Shown here: piece by piece, positions 45,576 through 59,474 of the stretch
How the letters are laid out: each line of letters opens with the position of its first letter
How positions within the stretch are numbered: position 1 is the first letter of the stretch
Origin: Escherichia coli
GTDB lineage: Bacteria > Pseudomonadota > Gammaproteobacteria > Enterobacterales > Enterobacteriaceae
Length of the DNA stretch: 64,000 bases
NCBI RefSeq assembly: GCF_009931435.1
Contig: NZ_CP043414.1
Reading direction: 5' to 3' (one strand)
Position numbers and translations under genes: made by a program
Notes under the pieces: model-generated
The model's input: the letters and a program-made list of their open reading frames with translations, nothing else
Database searches by the model: none
What the model was told of the DNA's origin: nothing

Positions 45576-46098
45576 GATATGCCTCCTGCCATTCCAGCAG
45601 ACGTTGCTTATAATGACGCGCCTGCCCTTCGAGGGTTTCGTCGTCACAAATAAAGGTGCAGTGCATAGCAAACGGAGGCAGCCAGTTCAGCCCGCAGTAG
45701 ATTGCCGTCGCCTGTAGCGGCTGCGACAGCACATCAAAGCCCGGATGCGCGCCAATCTCAAAATGACTTTCCCCGCCGCCGGTCGTCACCGCCCACAGCA
45801 AATGTTTACCATGCAGTGCCGTGCCGCCGTGACCGTAAGCCCAGCCGTGCGAGAAGACTTTATCGATCCAAAGTTTAAGGAGCGGAGGAATGCTGTACCA
45901 CTGCATCGGGTGCTGCCAGACGATCAGGTCGGCGCGAGACAACGCCTCCTGCTCGGCAGCAATATCGATATTGAAGTCAGGATAGAGTTGATAAAGAGAG
46001 CGAACTTCGACGCCTTCCAGCGTCCTTGCGTGTTCAAGCATCCGTTTATTCGCATGAGAATGATGCGGATACGGATGCGCATAAATTATGAGGATCAT
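45568..46098 (-). CDS. kefF: KefC ancillary protein / quinone oxidoreductase KefF
   Basis: 176-aa ORF; flavodoxin-like. Confidence 0.9.
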
Positions 46099-46201
46099 AG
46101 TTAACTCGCGTGTTTACGCCTTTGTTTTCCCACAAAGTGTAGTCATATATTCACGCGGCTTATAGTCAATAATATTGATTCAGAAAAAGCAGAAATCTGA
46201 A

Positions 46202-46435
46202 TCAGTTGTCCAACTCACTCATATCTTTAACCTGATCGCGGTTGATCTGTTCAGTTTGCCCGGTTTGCGCATTTTTGTAAGAAACCAGCCCGGTATCGTC
46301 ATCAACCTGCGGTTTACCATCGGTGACTATCGTTTGGCCATCGGTTGTTCTTACCGCCTGGTTTGAGGAACAGCCAGCCACAGTGAACATTACCGCCGCG
46401 GCGAAGATTGATGTGATCAATACTTTATGTTGCAT
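46202..46435 (-). CDS. Small lipoprotein, YgdI/YgdR (DUF903) family
   Basis: 77-aa ORF; lipobox VAGC; C-terminal region DG.TIV.DGKPQ.D.DTG..SYK...G....INR..VK.M.ELD parallels YgdI; occupies the position where K-12 has caiF..yaaU. Confidence 0.7.
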   Translation of the reverse strand: MQHKVLITSIFAAAVMFTVAGCSSNQAVRTTDGQTIVTDGKPQVDDDTGLVSYKNAQTGQTEQINRDQVKDMSELDN

Positions 46436-46524
46436 CGTCTTTTCCTCTGCTTTGCTGTAGTAAGCATTCAGTTTAGGTTAACTGCCTGAAAGCAAGTGAA
46501 AAAACAGAAGATTCTGAGGCGAGT

Positions 46525-46554
46525 TGCGCCCGGCAACAGCAATGTTACCGGGCG
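46525..46554 (-). terminator. Possible carB terminator hairpin
   Basis: GCGCCCGG-loop-CCGGGCGC stem just after carB stop; U-tract is weak or distal. Confidence 0.4.
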
Positions 46555-46562
46555 CGGAGGGG

Positions 46563-49500
46563 TTACTTCTTAATCTGCGCGTGCATTTCCTGCACCGAAA
46601 TTACTTTTTCAGTCGCATCGGCATTCAGCGCCATCGCGGTAGCGAAACCACCGTTCAGGGTGGTGTCATAGTGCACTTTATATTGCAGCGCACTGCGACG
46701 AATCACGCGGGAGTCCTCAATCGCACGACGGCCTGAGGTGGTGTTGATGATGTAGGTATATTCGCCATTCTTGATACGGTCCTGAATGTGCGGACGACCT
46801 TCATGCACCTTGTTCACCAGACGCGGGTTAATACCTGCTTCGCCCAGCACAATCGCTGTGCCGTGGGTCGCATCCAGCTCGAAGCCCTGTTTCAGCAGTT
46901 TTGCCGCCAGGTCAACCACGCGTTCTTTATCGCCTTCACGCACGGAGAGCAACGCACGACCGTGTTTCTTCATCGTGGAGTTACTGCCCAGCTGCGCTTT
47001 GGCAAACGCTTCAGCGAAGGTGCGGCCCACGCCCATCACTTCCCCGGTAGAGCGCATTTCTGGCCCTAACAGCGGGTCAACGCCGGGGAATTTGTTGAAC
47101 GGCAGCACCACTTCTTTCACCGAGTAATATGGCGGGATAACTTCTTTAGTTACGCCCTGCTCAGCCAGCGATTTGCCAGCCATCACACGCGCCGCTACTT
47201 TCGCCAGCGGTACGCCGGTGGCTTTGGAGACGAACGGAACGGTACGCGCCGCACGCGGGTTAACTTCAATCAGGTAGACTTCGTTGTTTTTCACCGCAAA
47301 CTGCACGTTCATCAGTCCGCGCACCTGCAATTCGAAGGCCAGTTTCTGCACCTGTTGGCGCATCACATCCTGAATTTCCTGACTTAAAGTGTAGGCTGGC
47401 AGAGAACATGCGGAGTCACCGGAGTGCACGCCCGCCTGCTCAATATGCTCCATGATGCCGCCAATCAGCACCATTTCACCGTCGCAGATGGCGTCCACAT
47501 CCACTTCTACCGCGTCATCGAGGAAGTGGTCCAGCAATACTGGTGCATCGTTAGACACGCTCACCGCCGTCTGGAAGTAGCGACGCAGGTCAGCTTCGTC
47601 ATAGACGATTTCCATCGCCCGACCGCCGAGAACGTAAGACGGACGCACCACCAGCGGGTAACCAATCTCTTTTGCCTTCTCAACCGCCATTTCAATAGCG
47701 GTAACGGTGGCGTTCGCCGGTTGTTTCAGTTTCAGACGGTCAACCGCATGCTGGAAGCGTTCACGGTCTTCCGCACGGTCGATAGCATCCGGGCTGGTGC
47801 CGATAACCGGTACGCCAGCGGCTTCCAGTGCGCGCGCCAGTTTCAGCGGGGTCTGACCGCCGTACTGAACGATAACGCCTTTCGGCTTCTCAATACGCAC
47901 GATTTCCAGCACATCTTCCAGAGTTACCGGCTCGAAGTAGAGGCGATCGGAAGTGTCGTAGTCAGTGGAGACGGTTTCCGGGTTACAGTTAACCATAATG
48001 GTTTCGTAACCGTCTTCACGTAGCGCCAGCGAGGCGTGTACACAGCAGTAGTCGAATTCAATACCCTGACCGATACGGTTCGGGCCGCCGCCGAGCACCA
48101 TGATTTTGTCACGGTCAGATGGGTTGGATTCGCACTCTTCTTCATAGGTGGAGTACATATACGCGGTGTCGGTGGCAAATTCTGCCGCACAGGTATCCAC
48201 ACGTTTGTAGACCGGGTGCAGGTCATACTGGTCGCGTAGCTTGCGGATTTCCGCTTCGCGCACGCCCGCCAGTTTAGCCAGACGCGCATCGGCAAAGCCT
48301 TTGCGTTTCAACTGGCGCAGGAAGTCAGCGTTCAGGCCAGTGATGCCCACTTCCGCCACTTTCTCTTCCAGACGCACCAGTTCTTCAATTTGTACCAGGA
48401 ACCAGCGGTCAATGTTGGTCAGGTTAAAGACGCCGTCTACAGACAGGCCCGCACGGAAAGCATCGGCGATGTACCAGATACGATCTGCGCCTGCGTCTTT
48501 CAGCTCGCGGCGAATTTTGGTCAGCGCTTCCGGGTCGTCCAGGCTGACTTTCGGGTCAAAACCAGTCGCACCGACTTCCAGGCCGCGCAGGGCTTTTTGC
48601 AGGGATTCCTGCTGCGTGCGACCAATCGCCATCACTTCGCCGACGGATTTCATCTGAGTGGTCAGACGATCGTTAGCACCGGCGAATTTCTCGAAGTTGA
48701 AGCGAGGAATTTTGGTCACCACGTAGTCGATGGACGGTTCGAAGGAGGCCGGAGTACGCCCGCCAGTGATGTCGTTCATCAGTTCATCGAGGGTGTAACC
48801 AACCGCCAGTTTCGCCGCCACTTTGGCAATCGGGAAACCGGTGGCTTTCGACGCCAGCGCCGAAGAACGGGACACTCGCGGGTTCATTTCGATAACAATC
48901 AGGCGACCATTTTTCGGGTTCACCGCAAACTGGACGTTGGAACCACCGGTTTCAACGCCGATTTCACGCAGCACCGCCATCGAGGCGTTACGCATGATTT
49001 GATATTCTTTGTCGGTCAGCGTTTGGGCTGGCGCGACAGTGATGGAGTCACCGGTATGGATGCCCATCGCATCGAAGTTTTCGATAGAGCAGACGATGAT
49101 GCAGTTGTCGTTTTTATCACGCACCACTTCCATCTCGTACTCTTTCCAGCCGATCAGCGACTCATCAATCAGCAACTCTTTGGTCGGAGAGAGATCCAGA
49201 CCGCGGGCGCAAATTTCTTCAAACTCTTCGCGGTTATAAGCGATACCGCCACCGCTACCGCCCATAGTAAAGGATGGGCGAATAATGCACGGGAAGCCCA
49301 CATCAGCGGCAACTGCCAGCGCTTCTTCCATGGTGTGCGCGATACCGGAACGCGCAGTTTCCAGACCGATTTTCTTCATCGCCACGTCGAAACGGCGGCG
49401 GTCTTCGGCTTTATCAATCGCATCGGCGGTGGCACCAATCATGGTGACGCCGAACTCTTCCAGCACGCCCTGACGCTCCAGCTCCAGCGCACAGTTCAGC

Positions 49501-49784
49501 GCTGTCTGACCGCCCATCGTTGGCAGCACCGCGTCCGGACGCTCTTTTTCAATAATCTTGCGTACCACTTCCCAGTGAATCGGCTCGATGTAGGTCGCAT
49601 CAGCCATTTCCGGGTCGGTCATGATGGTCGCTGGGTTGGAGTTCACCAGAATGACGCGGTAACCCTCTTCGCGCAGGGCTTTACATGCTTGCGCGCCAGA
49701 GTAGTCAAACTCACACGCCTGACCGATAACAATCGGGCCCGCACCCAGAATCAGGATACTTTTTATATCTGTACGTTTTGGCAT
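46563..49784 (-). CDS. carB: Carbamoyl-phosphate synthase large subunit
   Basis: 1073-aa ORF with duplicated ATP-grasp halves. Confidence 0.95.
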   Translation of the reverse strand: MPKRTDIKSILILGAGPIVIGQACEFDYSGAQACKALREEGYRVILVNSNPATIMTDPEMADATYIEPIHWEVVRKIIEKERPDAVLPTMGGQTALNCALELERQGVLEEFGVTMIGATADAIDKAEDRRRFDVAMKKIGLETARSGIAHTMEEALAVAADVGFPCIIRPSFTMGGSGGGIAYNREEFEEICARGLDLSPTKELLIDESLIGWKEYEMEVVRDKNDNCIIVCSIENFDAMGIHTGDSITVAPAQTLTDKEYQIMRNASMAVLREIGVETGGSNVQFAVNPKNGRLIVIEMNPRVSRSSALASKATGFPIAKVAAKLAVGYTLDELMNDITGGRTPASFEPSIDYVVTKIPRFNFEKFAGANDRLTTQMKSVGEVMAIGRTQQESLQKALRGLEVGATGFDPKVSLDDPEALTKIRRELKDAGADRIWYIADAFRAGLSVDGVFNLTNIDRWFLVQIEELVRLEEKVAEVGITGLNADFLRQLKRKGFADARLAKLAGVREAEIRKLRDQYDLHPVYKRVDTCAAEFATDTAYMYSTYEEECESNPSDRDKIMVLGGGPNRIGQGIEFDYCCVHASLALREDGYETIMVNCNPETVSTDYDTSDRLYFEPVTLEDVLEIVRIEKPKGVIVQYGGQTPLKLARALEAAGVPVIGTSPDAIDRAEDRERFQHAVDRLKLKQPANATVTAIEMAVEKAKEIGYPLVVRPSYVLGGRAMEIVYDEADLRRYFQTAVSVSNDAPVLLDHFLDDAVEVDVDAICDGEMVLIGGIMEHIEQAGVHSGDSACSLPAYTLSQEIQDVMRQQVQKLAFELQVRGLMNVQFAVKNNEVYLIEVNPRAARTVPFVSKATGVPLAKVAARVMAGKSLAEQGVTKEVIPPYYSVKEVVLPFNKFPGVDPLLGPEMRSTGEVMGVGRTFAEAFAKAQLGSNSTMKKHGRALLSVREGDKERVVDLAAKLLKQGFELDATHGTAIVLGEAGINPRLVNKVHEGRPHIQDRIKNGEYTYIINTTSGRRAIEDSRVIRRSALQYKVHYDTTLNGGFATAMALNADATEKVISVQEMHAQIKK

Positions 49785-49801
49785 GGCTCTTTTACTCCTG
49801 A

Positions 49802-50950
49802 TTACTTAGCGGTTTTACGGTACTGCTCAATTAACTCGATAAAGTGGTCGAACAACGGCGCGGCGTCGTGTGGACCCGGACTGGCTTCAGGGTGGCCCTG
49901 GAAGCTGAATGCCGGTTTATCGGTGCGATGAATGCCCTGTAACGTACCGTCGAACAGGGATTTATGCGTAACACGCAGGTTTGCAGGTAATGTTGCTTCA
50001 TCCACCGCAAAACCGTGGTTCTGGGCGGTGATCATCACCACGTTTTTTTCAACATCTTTAACCGGATGGTTGCCGCCGTGGTGTCCAAATTTCATTTTGA
50101 CAGTCTTCGCACCGCTCGCCAGCGCCAGCAACTGATGGCCGAGGCAGATGCCGAATACCGGGATGTCGGTTTCGAGGAATTTCTGGATGGCAGTAATAGC
50201 GTAATCACACGGTGCCGGGTCGCCAGGACCGTTGGAGAGGAAGATACCGTCTGGATTCATTTTCAGTACATCTTCCGCAGAGGTTTGCGCCGGAACGATG
50301 GTCAGGCGGCAGCCTCTATCCACCAACATGCGCAGGATGTTGCGCTTGGCACCAAAATCATAAGCCACAACATGGAACGGCAGCTCGTCTTCTTTCTTCG
50401 CTTCTGGCAGGCCGCCGGTCAGCGTCCAGCTCCCTTGTGTCCAGCTATAGGCTTCTGCGGTGGTCACTTCTTTTGCCAGATCCATGCCGTTCAGACCTGG
50501 GAACGCGCGGGCTTTTTCTAACGCCAGCGCCGCATCCGGGTTATCGCCTGCGATAATGCAGCCATTCTGTGCGCCTTTCTCACGCAGTAAACGCGTCAGC
50601 TTACGGGTATCGATATCAGCAATCGCCACGATGTTATGGCGTTTAAGGTAAGAAGAGAGGTCTTCGGTATTACGGAAGTTGCTGGCAATCAGCGGCAGGT
50701 CGCGAATCACCAGACCTTGTGCATGTACCTGAGAAGATTCTTCATCGGCGTCATTAGTGCCGACATTGCCAATATGGGGATAAGTAAGAGTAACGATTTG
50801 ACGAGAATAGGAAGGATCAGTGAGGATTTCTTGATAACCGGTCATTGAAGTATTGAAAACGACTTCCCCAACCGCCGAACCTGTTGCCCCTATGGCCCGA
50901 CCGTGAAACTGGGTTCCGTCTTCCAGAACCAATAGCGCTGACTTAATCAA
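49802..50950 (-). CDS. carA: Carbamoyl-phosphate synthase small (glutaminase) subunit
   Basis: Frame 49802..50977 trimmed to TTG start encoding (M)[16 protein letters not shown] (382 aa). Confidence 0.9.
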   Translation of the reverse strand: MIKSALLVLEDGTQFHGRAIGATGSAVGEVVFNTSMTGYQEILTDPSYSRQIVTLTYPHIGNVGTNDADEESSQVHAQGLVIRDLPLIASNFRNTEDLSSYLKRHNIVAIADIDTRKLTRLLREKGAQNGCIIAGDNPDAALALEKARAFPGLNGMDLAKEVTTAEAYSWTQGSWTLTGGLPEAKKEDELPFHVVAYDFGAKRNILRMLVDRGCRLTIVPAQTSAEDVLKMNPDGIFLSNGPGDPAPCDYAITAIQKFLETDIPVFGICLGHQLLALASGAKTVKMKFGHHGGNHPVKDVEKNVVMITAQNHGFAVDEATLPANLRVTHKSLFDGTLQGIHRTDKPAFSFQGHPEASPGPHDAAPLFDHFIELIEQYRKTAK

Positions 50951-51311
50951 AACACCCTCCAGAGAATATTCACTCACTTTATTTGCATATTAATTCACAA
51001 TGATGACGTAAATCAATGCAAATCTGCTTACCGACGAATTTCTGGCAAACGGCGGCATTCTGGAGAGATGAGAGCTAAAAGTCAACTTAATGGTGGTATT
51101 TTTTATATTATTTTGTGGCTCATGCATGTTTTGCAGTCATTAAGCGACAAAAAGATCATATAACCCGTTCTGGAAAACGCTTGCGCAGCAAGAAGATTGT
51201 ATAAAATCAAAACGCGTAGAAAAAAGTGGACCAAATGGTCAAAATTTACATTAAAACAACAAAAACAGAAGAGAAAACATGTTATTTTTAGCACACTATA
51301 CGATTTTATAA

Positions 51312-51351
51312 ATAAAAAACTCAAAATAAAAGGGCTAAAAATTAAAGCCCT
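51312..51351 (-). terminator. Rho-independent terminator after dapB
   Basis: AGGGCT-loop-AGCCCT hairpin followed on the minus strand by a T-rich tract; lies in the AT-rich carAB promoter region. Confidence 0.65.
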
Positions 51352-51405
51352 TTATAATCAATAAATTAAATATGTTATTTTTGCACCATCACAAATGTTT
51401 TGTGG

Positions 51406-52242
<837 letters not shown>

Positions 52243-52393
52243 TTAATTTGCATAGACCGTTTTCAGAGTAACCAGCGCATCGCTACGCCGCCAGCCAAAA
52301 ACGCTGATAATTAGAAATTAATGATAAACAGGGAGGGATATCAGTGAAAGGCATGAGTCGATGAATGACTGCATGCCGATAACATGTGACAGG

Positions 52394-53314
52394 TTACGAC
52401 GCCAGAGCCAGCACCTCAGCCACCCACTGCTGGAAACCTTTCACATCCAGATCCAGCGCCACCTGCACGTTTGCAGGTTTACTCAGGCAACCATCAATAT
52501 CAACAACCGTAGTACCTGAGGTAAATTCACCCTGAGTTTCCACCGCCACAAAACACGGTTTGAGAGTGAACAAGTCTGGGCGCACCAGCCAGGCGATGGC
52601 GCAGAGATCGTGCATACGCAGACCGCTTTGCATACTGCCGCTACGGTAGTGGCTAAACAGGGCGTGCAACATTTTCCCGGTACGATTCAACTCCGGCAAA
52701 GTAGCGAGATAGTCAGGAGTTAATATTGCCTGATTGGTGACATCCAGACCGCACATAACGATTTCGATGCCGCTACGGAAGACACAGGCTGCCGCTTCTG
52801 GATCGGCAGCGATATTAAACTCGGCGTTTGGCGTACAGTTGCCGCGTCCGGCAGAACCGCCCATGATCACCAGACGGCGAATATGCGGTTTGCATTCCGG
52901 GCATTGTGAAAGTAACAGCGCAATATTGGTTAACGGGCCGATGGCTACCAGCGTAACAGGCTCAGGCGCACGCAGCAGGGCATCACGAATCGCCAGAAAT
53001 GCGGGTTTGTCCAGTGGGCTTCTGTTGTGCTCGACAAAGTCGTAGCCAGCCATTCCCGATTCACCGTGCACAGATGCTGCATTACGCGGTGCGCGTACCA
53101 GCGGCACAGCGGCTCCCTGGGCGAGCGGAATATCCGCATTCCAGAAATGCAGCAGTTGCAGGGCGTTGCGGGTAGTTTTCTCAACCGAAACATTACCCGC
53201 GACGGTGGTCATCAGTTGCAGGTCGAGTTCGGGGGCAAAAATCGCGGCGGCAATGGCGACCGCATCGTCAATGCCTGGGTCTGTATCAAGGAAGATGGGT
53301 ATAAGTTTTGTCAT
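52394..53314 (-). CDS. rihC: Non-specific ribonucleoside hydrolase RihC
   Basis: 306-aa ORF; N-terminal [14 protein letters not shown] motif; starts 19 nt after the 402-aa ORF stop. Confidence 0.9.
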   Translation of the reverse strand: MTKLIPIFLDTDPGIDDAVAIAAAIFAPELDLQLMTTVAGNVSVEKTTRNALQLLHFWNADIPLAQGAAVPLVRAPRNAASVHGESGMAGYDFVEHNRSPLDKPAFLAIRDALLRAPEPVTLVAIGPLTNIALLLSQCPECKPHIRRLVIMGGSAGRGNCTPNAEFNIAADPEAAACVFRSGIEIVMCGLDVTNQAILTPDYLATLPELNRTGKMLHALFSHYRSGSMQSGLRMHDLCAIAWLVRPDLFTLKPCFVAVETQGEFTSGTTVVDIDGCLSKPANVQVALDLDVKGFQQWVAEVLALAS

Positions 53315-53333
53315 TACTGTCTCTCCTGGCTTG

Positions 53334-54542
53334 TTACTTGCTCATGGCTTTGAACTCATCGCGGCTGATACAGATATCCGAAATATCTTTATTCGTCACC
53401 AGACGCGGGCTAAGTTTATCGCCTTCAACAAACGGTACTAGCGGGCAAAATTCCCCTGGAGACGCTTTATCTTCCTGCCACTGAATTTCAATGGATTCCG
53501 GCTTCATACCTGGTTTCTGTGACTGAATGACTGTGCGGATATCCGTGGTTAACTGAAATGGCTCACACCCCTTCACATCAGTAAAAGTCGGCGTCAGATG
53601 ACCATTCTTACGTTCCTGCAGATAAAAAATGCGGCCATCGTGATAGGAAGGAATTACGTAGCAGGTATACATTTTACCTTTGCTTAGCACGGGCTGAAGA
53701 TAACTTGAACCTCTCTCGATCAATTCAACCTCTTTCCCCTTCCAGCGATAAACGTCAACCCCGTGACTACAGCAGCTTCCTCGCCAATGGCTGACGATCT
53801 GCTTATATTCTGCATCTGGCTCCGGCGAGGTGATTTCCTGATAAGACGCAGGCGCATCAACAAAACGTTGTGTTGAGGGATCGTAAAGCCAGGTTTGTTC
53901 GGGGATATTGGGTCCAGCGGGTAACTCTTGCGGAATGGAAAGATCCGGATAACCATCAAAATTAACATCCTTCCATTGAGGCGTAAAAATGCTACAAGTG
54001 CCGATAGAAGCAGTATATAAGGTCTGTATCGGTTTCCCATCACGATATAATTTTATTGCTGAAATGACCGGAACATTATTACAGTCGATCGCTTTGGAAG
54101 GGTCGTAATCGTCATTCACTTCCGCCACCAGCACCAGATCAATGCCCGGATCGTTTTTGGGTTTGTTATAGTTAAGCGCAATGGGGAAATGGTGTTTTTT
54201 ATCGGCTGAAGTCCATACACCTTTTATCTCAATCGGTGAAACTTCAGCATCCCATTGACCAGAAAGTGTCTGTGCGCGCTCCTCAAGAAGCAACCGCTTA
54301 ACCTGGAGAGATCCACGCAGAATTAATCGCATTTTTCTCTGATTGCAGGGTTCATAGCAATAGCTACCATGAAGGTCGTTGTTAATCCGCGTGATATCGA
54401 CACTTACCTGCTTACCCGCAATCGTCCCGGAATAATTTCGATCCCAGAACGGAAATTCAAGCTGCGAAGCGCCATTGGCCGCTCCCAAACAAAATACAAA
54501 AGCCAAAAATCCCGCCAATCCATAAGCTATCTTGCTCATCAT
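53334..54542 (-). CDS. Hypothetical secreted Cys-rich protein (402 aa) inserted between ispH and rihC
   Basis: ATG with GGAGG SD; N-terminal signal peptide [25 protein letters not shown]; at least 10 Cys; FDGYPDL motif; no family recognised; absent at this position in K-12. Confidence 0.65.
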   Translation of the reverse strand: MMSKIAYGLAGFLAFVFCLGAANGASQLEFPFWDRNYSGTIAGKQVSVDITRINNDLHGSYCYEPCNQRKMRLILRGSLQVKRLLLEERAQTLSGQWDAEVSPIEIKGVWTSADKKHHFPIALNYNKPKNDPGIDLVLVAEVNDDYDPSKAIDCNNVPVISAIKLYRDGKPIQTLYTASIGTCSIFTPQWKDVNFDGYPDLSIPQELPAGPNIPEQTWLYDPSTQRFVDAPASYQEITSPEPDAEYKQIVSHWRGSCCSHGVDVYRWKGKEVELIERGSSYLQPVLSKGKMYTCYVIPSYHDGRIFYLQERKNGHLTPTFTDVKGCEPFQLTTDIRTVIQSQKPGMKPESIEIQWQEDKASPGEFCPLVPFVEGDKLSPRLVTNKDISDICISRDEFKAMSK

Positions 54543-54566
54543 CCTTGCCTCCGCAGAAGAGTACAG

Positions 54567-54597
54567 CTAAAAAAAACCAGCAACGAATGTGCTGGTT
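54567..54597 (-). terminator. Rho-independent terminator after ispH
   Basis: AACCAGCA-loop-TGCTGGTT followed by T8 on the minus strand; ends about 25 nt before the 402-aa ORF start. Confidence 0.8.
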
Positions 54598-54612
54598 TTG
54601 AATGATTAATCT

Positions 54613-55563
54613 TTACTCGACTTCACGAATATCGACACGCAGCTCTTTTGGCACTTCGAAAACAATGTTTTCTTCACGGCCTTCCAGCGAAATGGCTTCA
54701 CCACCGCCCAGTTGCTGTAAACGTGCGACTACATTCTGCACCAGAATATCCGGAGCCGATGCGCCCGCAGTTACGCCAACGCAGTTCACGCCTTTTACCC
54801 ACTCTTCCTGGATATCTTTCGCATCGTCAATTAAAAACGCGCGTTTGCCCATACGCTGGGCCAGTTCCGCCAGACGGTTGGAGTTGGAAGAGTTTTTTGA
54901 ACCAACCACCAGTACTACTTCCGCCTGTTCTGCCAGAGCGCGTACCGCTTCCTGACGGTTAGTGGTGGCGTAGCAAATGTCATCTTTGCGCGGACCGACA
55001 ATTTTCGGGAAGCGTTTACGCAGCGCGTCGATCACATCAGACGTGTCATCCACCGACAGCGTGGTTTGGGTCATAAAGGAGAGTTTCTCTTCGTTTTTGA
55101 CCGTCAGTTTCCACACATCGTCCGGCGATTCGACCAGATACATTCCCCCTTCCGGGTTGCTGTACTGACCCATCGTCCCTTCCACTTCCGGGTGACCGGC
55201 GTGACCGATAAGAATAGACTCTTCACCACGGCGGCTGGCACGGGCGACTTCCATATGCACTTTGGTCACCAGCGGACAGGTGGCATCAAACACCGTCAAA
55301 TCACGGCTTTTCGCTTCGTTACGTACCGCCTGAGAAACACCGTGTGCGGAGAAAATCAGGATCGCGCCGTCCGGGACTTCGCTAATCTGCTCAATAAAGA
55401 TAGCCCCACGCTCCCGCAGGCTATCGACCACGTAGCGGTTATGCACCACTTCGTGACGGACATATATCGGTGCGCCGTAAATGGCCAGCGCGTTTTCAAC
55501 AATGCTGATAGCGCGGTCTACCCCGGCACAAAAACCACGCGGGTTGGCCAACAGGATCTGCAT
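54613..55563 (-). CDS. ispH: 4-hydroxy-3-methylbut-2-enyl diphosphate reductase IspH (LytB)
   Basis: Frame 54613..55647 trimmed to conserved [19 protein letters not shown] start (316 aa). Confidence 0.95.
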   Translation of the reverse strand: MQILLANPRGFCAGVDRAISIVENALAIYGAPIYVRHEVVHNRYVVDSLRERGAIFIEQISEVPDGAILIFSAHGVSQAVRNEAKSRDLTVFDATCPLVTKVHMEVARASRRGEESILIGHAGHPEVEGTMGQYSNPEGGMYLVESPDDVWKLTVKNEEKLSFMTQTTLSVDDTSDVIDALRKRFPKIVGPRKDDICYATTNRQEAVRALAEQAEVVLVVGSKNSSNSNRLAELAQRMGKRAFLIDDAKDIQEEWVKGVNCVGVTAGASAPDILVQNVVARLQQLGGGEAISLEGREENIVFEVPKELRVDIREVE

Positions 55564-55564
55564 G

Positions 55565-56014
55565 TTACGCCTCCAGTGCCGGATCGATTTCCAGCACTTC
55601 AATATCAAAATGAACGGTCTGCCCGGCCAGCGGATGATTGAAATCAACGGTAATGGAGTCGCCGTTAATTTCGCGGATCACGCCAGGCATCTCACTGCCA
55701 TCCATTGCGGTAAAAAGCATGATTGCACCAATTTCTGGCTCGCCTGCATCCATAAACTCACGGCGGGAGAAGTACTGAATCAGGTCCGGTGACGGCACGC
55801 CAAACGCCGCATCTGGCTCCAGCGAGAAGGTGGTTTTATCACCCACTTTCAGCCCCAGCAGGTGTTGCTCCAGACCTTCGGAGAGAGAAGCATCGCCCAG
55901 GCGGAACAGCGCCGGTTTACCGTTGTTGCGGGTAGACTCGGCGGTGGTGCCATCGTCGAGTTTTAGCGTGAAGTGCACCAGGACGGCGCTATTGCTCTGT
56001 ACAGATTCAGACAT
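55565..56014 (-). CDS. fkpB: FKBP-type peptidyl-prolyl isomerase FkpB (SlpA)
   Basis: 149-aa ORF. Confidence 0.9.
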
Positions 56015-56121
56015 GCAGGTTTGCTCTTATATTTTGAGGATTTTTGCCGGATGCGGCCTACGATTTCACAGCAATCTGTAGGCCGGATAAGATGCGTCAG
56101 CATCGCATCCGGCAGGGTTTA

Positions 56122-56616
56122 TTATTGTTTTTTCGCTTTCGAAGGTAAAAAACCTTCCAGCACAATCAGTGCCGCACCGACACAGATAGCAGTATCGGCG
56201 AGGTTGAAGGTGGCGAAGTGCCAGTCGCCGACGTAGAAGTCGATCATATCGACAACGAAGCCGTGCCACAGGCGGTCGAACAGGTTGCCCAGCGCGCCGC
56301 CAATAATCAGCGCGTAAGCGATATTGTTCAGCTTCTGCGTGGCCTTCGAGCGATACATCATCACTACCAGAATCACGCTAATACCAATCGCAATACCGGC
56401 AAAGAACCAACGCTGCCAGCCGCCGCTATCGGCAAGGAAACTAAACGCCGCGCCATAGTTACGCGCATAATGCAGATTAAGCGACGGGAACAGCGGGACC
56501 GTATCCCCCAGAGCAAAGTTCTGGAGGATCAGGTATTTGCTGCCCAGATCGATAATCAGCACGACTACCACCAGCCACAGCCAGCGTAGCCCTGTTGAAC
56601 AGATCGATTGACTCAT
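56122..56616 (-). CDS. lspA: Lipoprotein signal peptidase II
   Basis: 164-aa membrane protein; start overlaps ileS stop. Confidence 0.95.
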   Translation of the reverse strand: MSQSICSTGLRWLWLVVVVLIIDLGSKYLILQNFALGDTVPLFPSLNLHYARNYGAAFSFLADSGGWQRWFFAGIAIGISVILVVMMYRSKATQKLNNIAYALIIGGALGNLFDRLWHGFVVDMIDFYVGDWHFATFNLADTAICVGAALIVLEGFLPSKAKKQ

Positions 56617-59432
56617 CAGGCAAACTTACGTTTTTCACCGTCACCGGCGACGTTGCTGACACAGCGGCCGCAGATTTCTGCGTGTTCCGCCACCTTGCCG
56701 ACATCCTGGGTGTAGTGCCAGCAGCGTGGGCACTTCTCACCTTCGGCTTTACTCAACGCGACTTTCAGCCCTTTGAGTACTTCGCTCTGCTGAGCATCAG
56801 CAGGGGCGTCGTTATAGTCTGCAACGGTAGCGCCGGAGGTCAACAGGACAAATCGTAATTCATCGCCCAGCGCGGTCAGTTTCGCCGCCAGTTCCGGTTC
56901 TGCATACAAGGTTACTGCCGCTTCCAGCGAGCCACCCACTTTCTTGTCGGCACGTGCTTGCTCAATGACTTTGTTCACTTCGCCACGCACTTTCAGCAGC
57001 TCGTCCCAGAACGCATCGTTCATCGCTTCGCTGTCTGCCAGACCAAACAGGCCTTCGTACCACTCGCCGGTGAAGACGTATTTTTCACGTTCGCCCGGCA
57101 GATAGCCCCACACTTCATCAGCGGTGAAGGAGAGGATTGGTGCCATCCAGCGAACCAGCGCTTCTGCGATGTGATACAGCGCAGTCTGGCAGCTACGACG
57201 CGCCACGCTGTCCGCTTTCGCGGTGTACTGGCGGTCCTTAATGATGTCGAGGTAGAAAGAGCCCATCTCAACGGAGCAGAAGCGCATCAGACGCTGTACC
57301 ACTTCGTGGAAATCGTATGCTTCGTACGCCTTGAGGATGTCTTCCTGCGCCGCTTTCGCACAACCTACGGCCCAGCGATCCAGTACCACCATCTCTTCCG
57401 GTTTCACCATATCTTTTGCCGGATCGAAACCGTTCAGGTTTGCCAGCAGGAAACGTGCAGTGTTACGGATACGACGATAGCTGTCGGCTGCACGTTTCAG
57501 GATCTCGTCAGAAACGGCCATTTCACCGGTGTAGTCCGTTGATGCCACCCACAGACGCAGAATATCCGCGCCCAGTTTGTTCATCACATCCTGCGGCGAA
57601 ACGGTGTTGCCGATGGATTTAGACATCTTGCGACCCTGACCATCCACGGTAAAGCCGTGGGTCAGTACCTGACGATACGGCGCTTTGCCTTTCATCGCGG
57701 TGGAGATCATCAGGGAAGACATGAACCAGCCACGGTGCTGGTCAGAACCTTCCAGATACATGTCCGCTGCGTGACCAGCAAATTCCGGACGCACGTCAAC
57801 AACAGAAGAGTGGGTAGATCCGGAGTCAAACCATACGTCCAGCGTATCCGGCACTTTCACGTACTGATCAGCTTCGTCGCCGAGGATCTCTTTCGCATCA
57901 AGATCCCACCATGCCTGAATGCCATCAACTTCAACGCGTTTTGCCACTTCTTCCATCAGTTCGAGGGTACGCGGATGCAGCTCTTCCGTGTCTTTGTGCA
58001 CGAACAGTGACATCGGTACGCCCCAGGTGCGCTGACGGGAGATACACCAGTCAGGACGGTTAGCGACCATCGACTCGATACGCGCCTGGCCCCAGTCAGG
58101 GATCCACTGCACGCCTTTGATCTCTTTCAGTGACTGCGCACGCAGACCTTTCTGATCCATGCTGACGAACCACTGCGGCGTAGCGCGGAAGATGATCGGC
58201 GTTTTGTGACGCCAGCAGCACGGATAGCTGTGCTGCATTTTCTCAACGTGCAGCAGCGCGCCTTTTTCCTGTAGCAGCGCAACGACGATGTCGTTCGCTT
58301 TGAAGACGTTAACACCATCCAGCGTCGGGTAAGTACCCGGCAGATAAGTACCGTCCGGGCCAACCGGGTTAGCGGTTTCCAGACCATATTTCTGACCGAT
58401 CACATAGTCGTCCGGACCGTGGCCTGGCGCGGTGTGAACGGCACCGGTACCGGCATCCAGCGTAACGTGATCGCCAAGAATTGCCGGAACGTCGAAGCCC
58501 ATAAACGGATGGGTAAAGCGCAGCAGCTCCAGCTCCGCACCTTTTACCGTGCCGAGAATGGTGTAATCGGTCACGCCGATACGCTGCATTACGCTTTCAA
58601 CCAGATCTTTCGCCAGAATCACGGCCTGACCGTCGATCTGCACCAGCGCATAGTCGAAATCCGGTGCAATGGAGATTGCGCGGTTGGCAGGCAAAGTCCA
58701 CGGCGTAGTGGTCCAGATCACCAGCGAGATTGGGCCGTTAACGTTGCTTACGGCAAATTTTGCTTTCAGTGCATCCTGATCGACTGCCTGGAAAGCGACG
58801 TCGATGGACGGAGAAGTTTTGTCGTAATACTCAACTTCCGCTTCCGCCAGCGCAGAACGGCAGTCAACGCACCAGTGCACCGGCTTCGCGCCTTTGTGCA
58901 GGTGACCGTTGCCGATGATTTTGCCCAGCGCGCGGATGATATTGGCTTCAGTTTTGAAGTCCATAGTCAGGTACGGGTGCGACCAGTCGCCCAGCACGCC
59001 CAGACGGATAAAGTCTTTGCGCTGACCGTCAACCTGGGTCGCAGCGTATTCGCGGCACTTGGCGCGGAACTCGGCAGCGGTGAATTTCTCACCCGGCTTA
59101 CCGTATTCTTGCTCTACTTTCAGCTCGATCGGCAGACCGTGGCAGTCCCAGCCAGGCACATACGGCGAGTCATAACCGGAAAGCCCTTTGGACTTCACGA
59201 TAATGTCTTTCAGAATCTTGTTAACCGAGTGACCAATATGAATGCTGCCATTCGCATAAGGAGGGCCATCATGCAGAATGAAGGTTTTTTTGCCTTTTTT
59301 AGCCGCACGGATGATGCCGTACAGATCATCATCAGTCCAACGCGCCAGCATTCCCGGTTCGCGCTTGGCGAGATCGCCACGCATCGGGAACCCTGTTTCC
59401 GGCAAATTCAGGGTTGATTTATAGTCACTCAT
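56616..59432 (-). CDS. ileS: Isoleucyl-tRNA synthetase
   Basis: 938-aa ORF; HIGH (HIGH) and KMSKS motifs; C-terminal Zn-binding cysteines. Confidence 0.95.
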
Positions 59433-59474
59433 CAGATTCTCGGTTCCGTATTTCGGTTTGATTACATAACAGGC

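Noticed and set aside
48390-49931. 513-aa plus-strand ORF antisense to carB/carA
   Set aside because: Lies entirely opposite carAB; the sense genes are strongly conserved; treated as a spurious long antisense frame.
51103-51324. 73-aa ORF in the AT-rich carAB promoter / dapB terminator region
   Set aside because: Phe/Leu/Cys-rich product of AT-rich DNA in a known multi-factor regulatory region; no SD; more plausibly non-coding.
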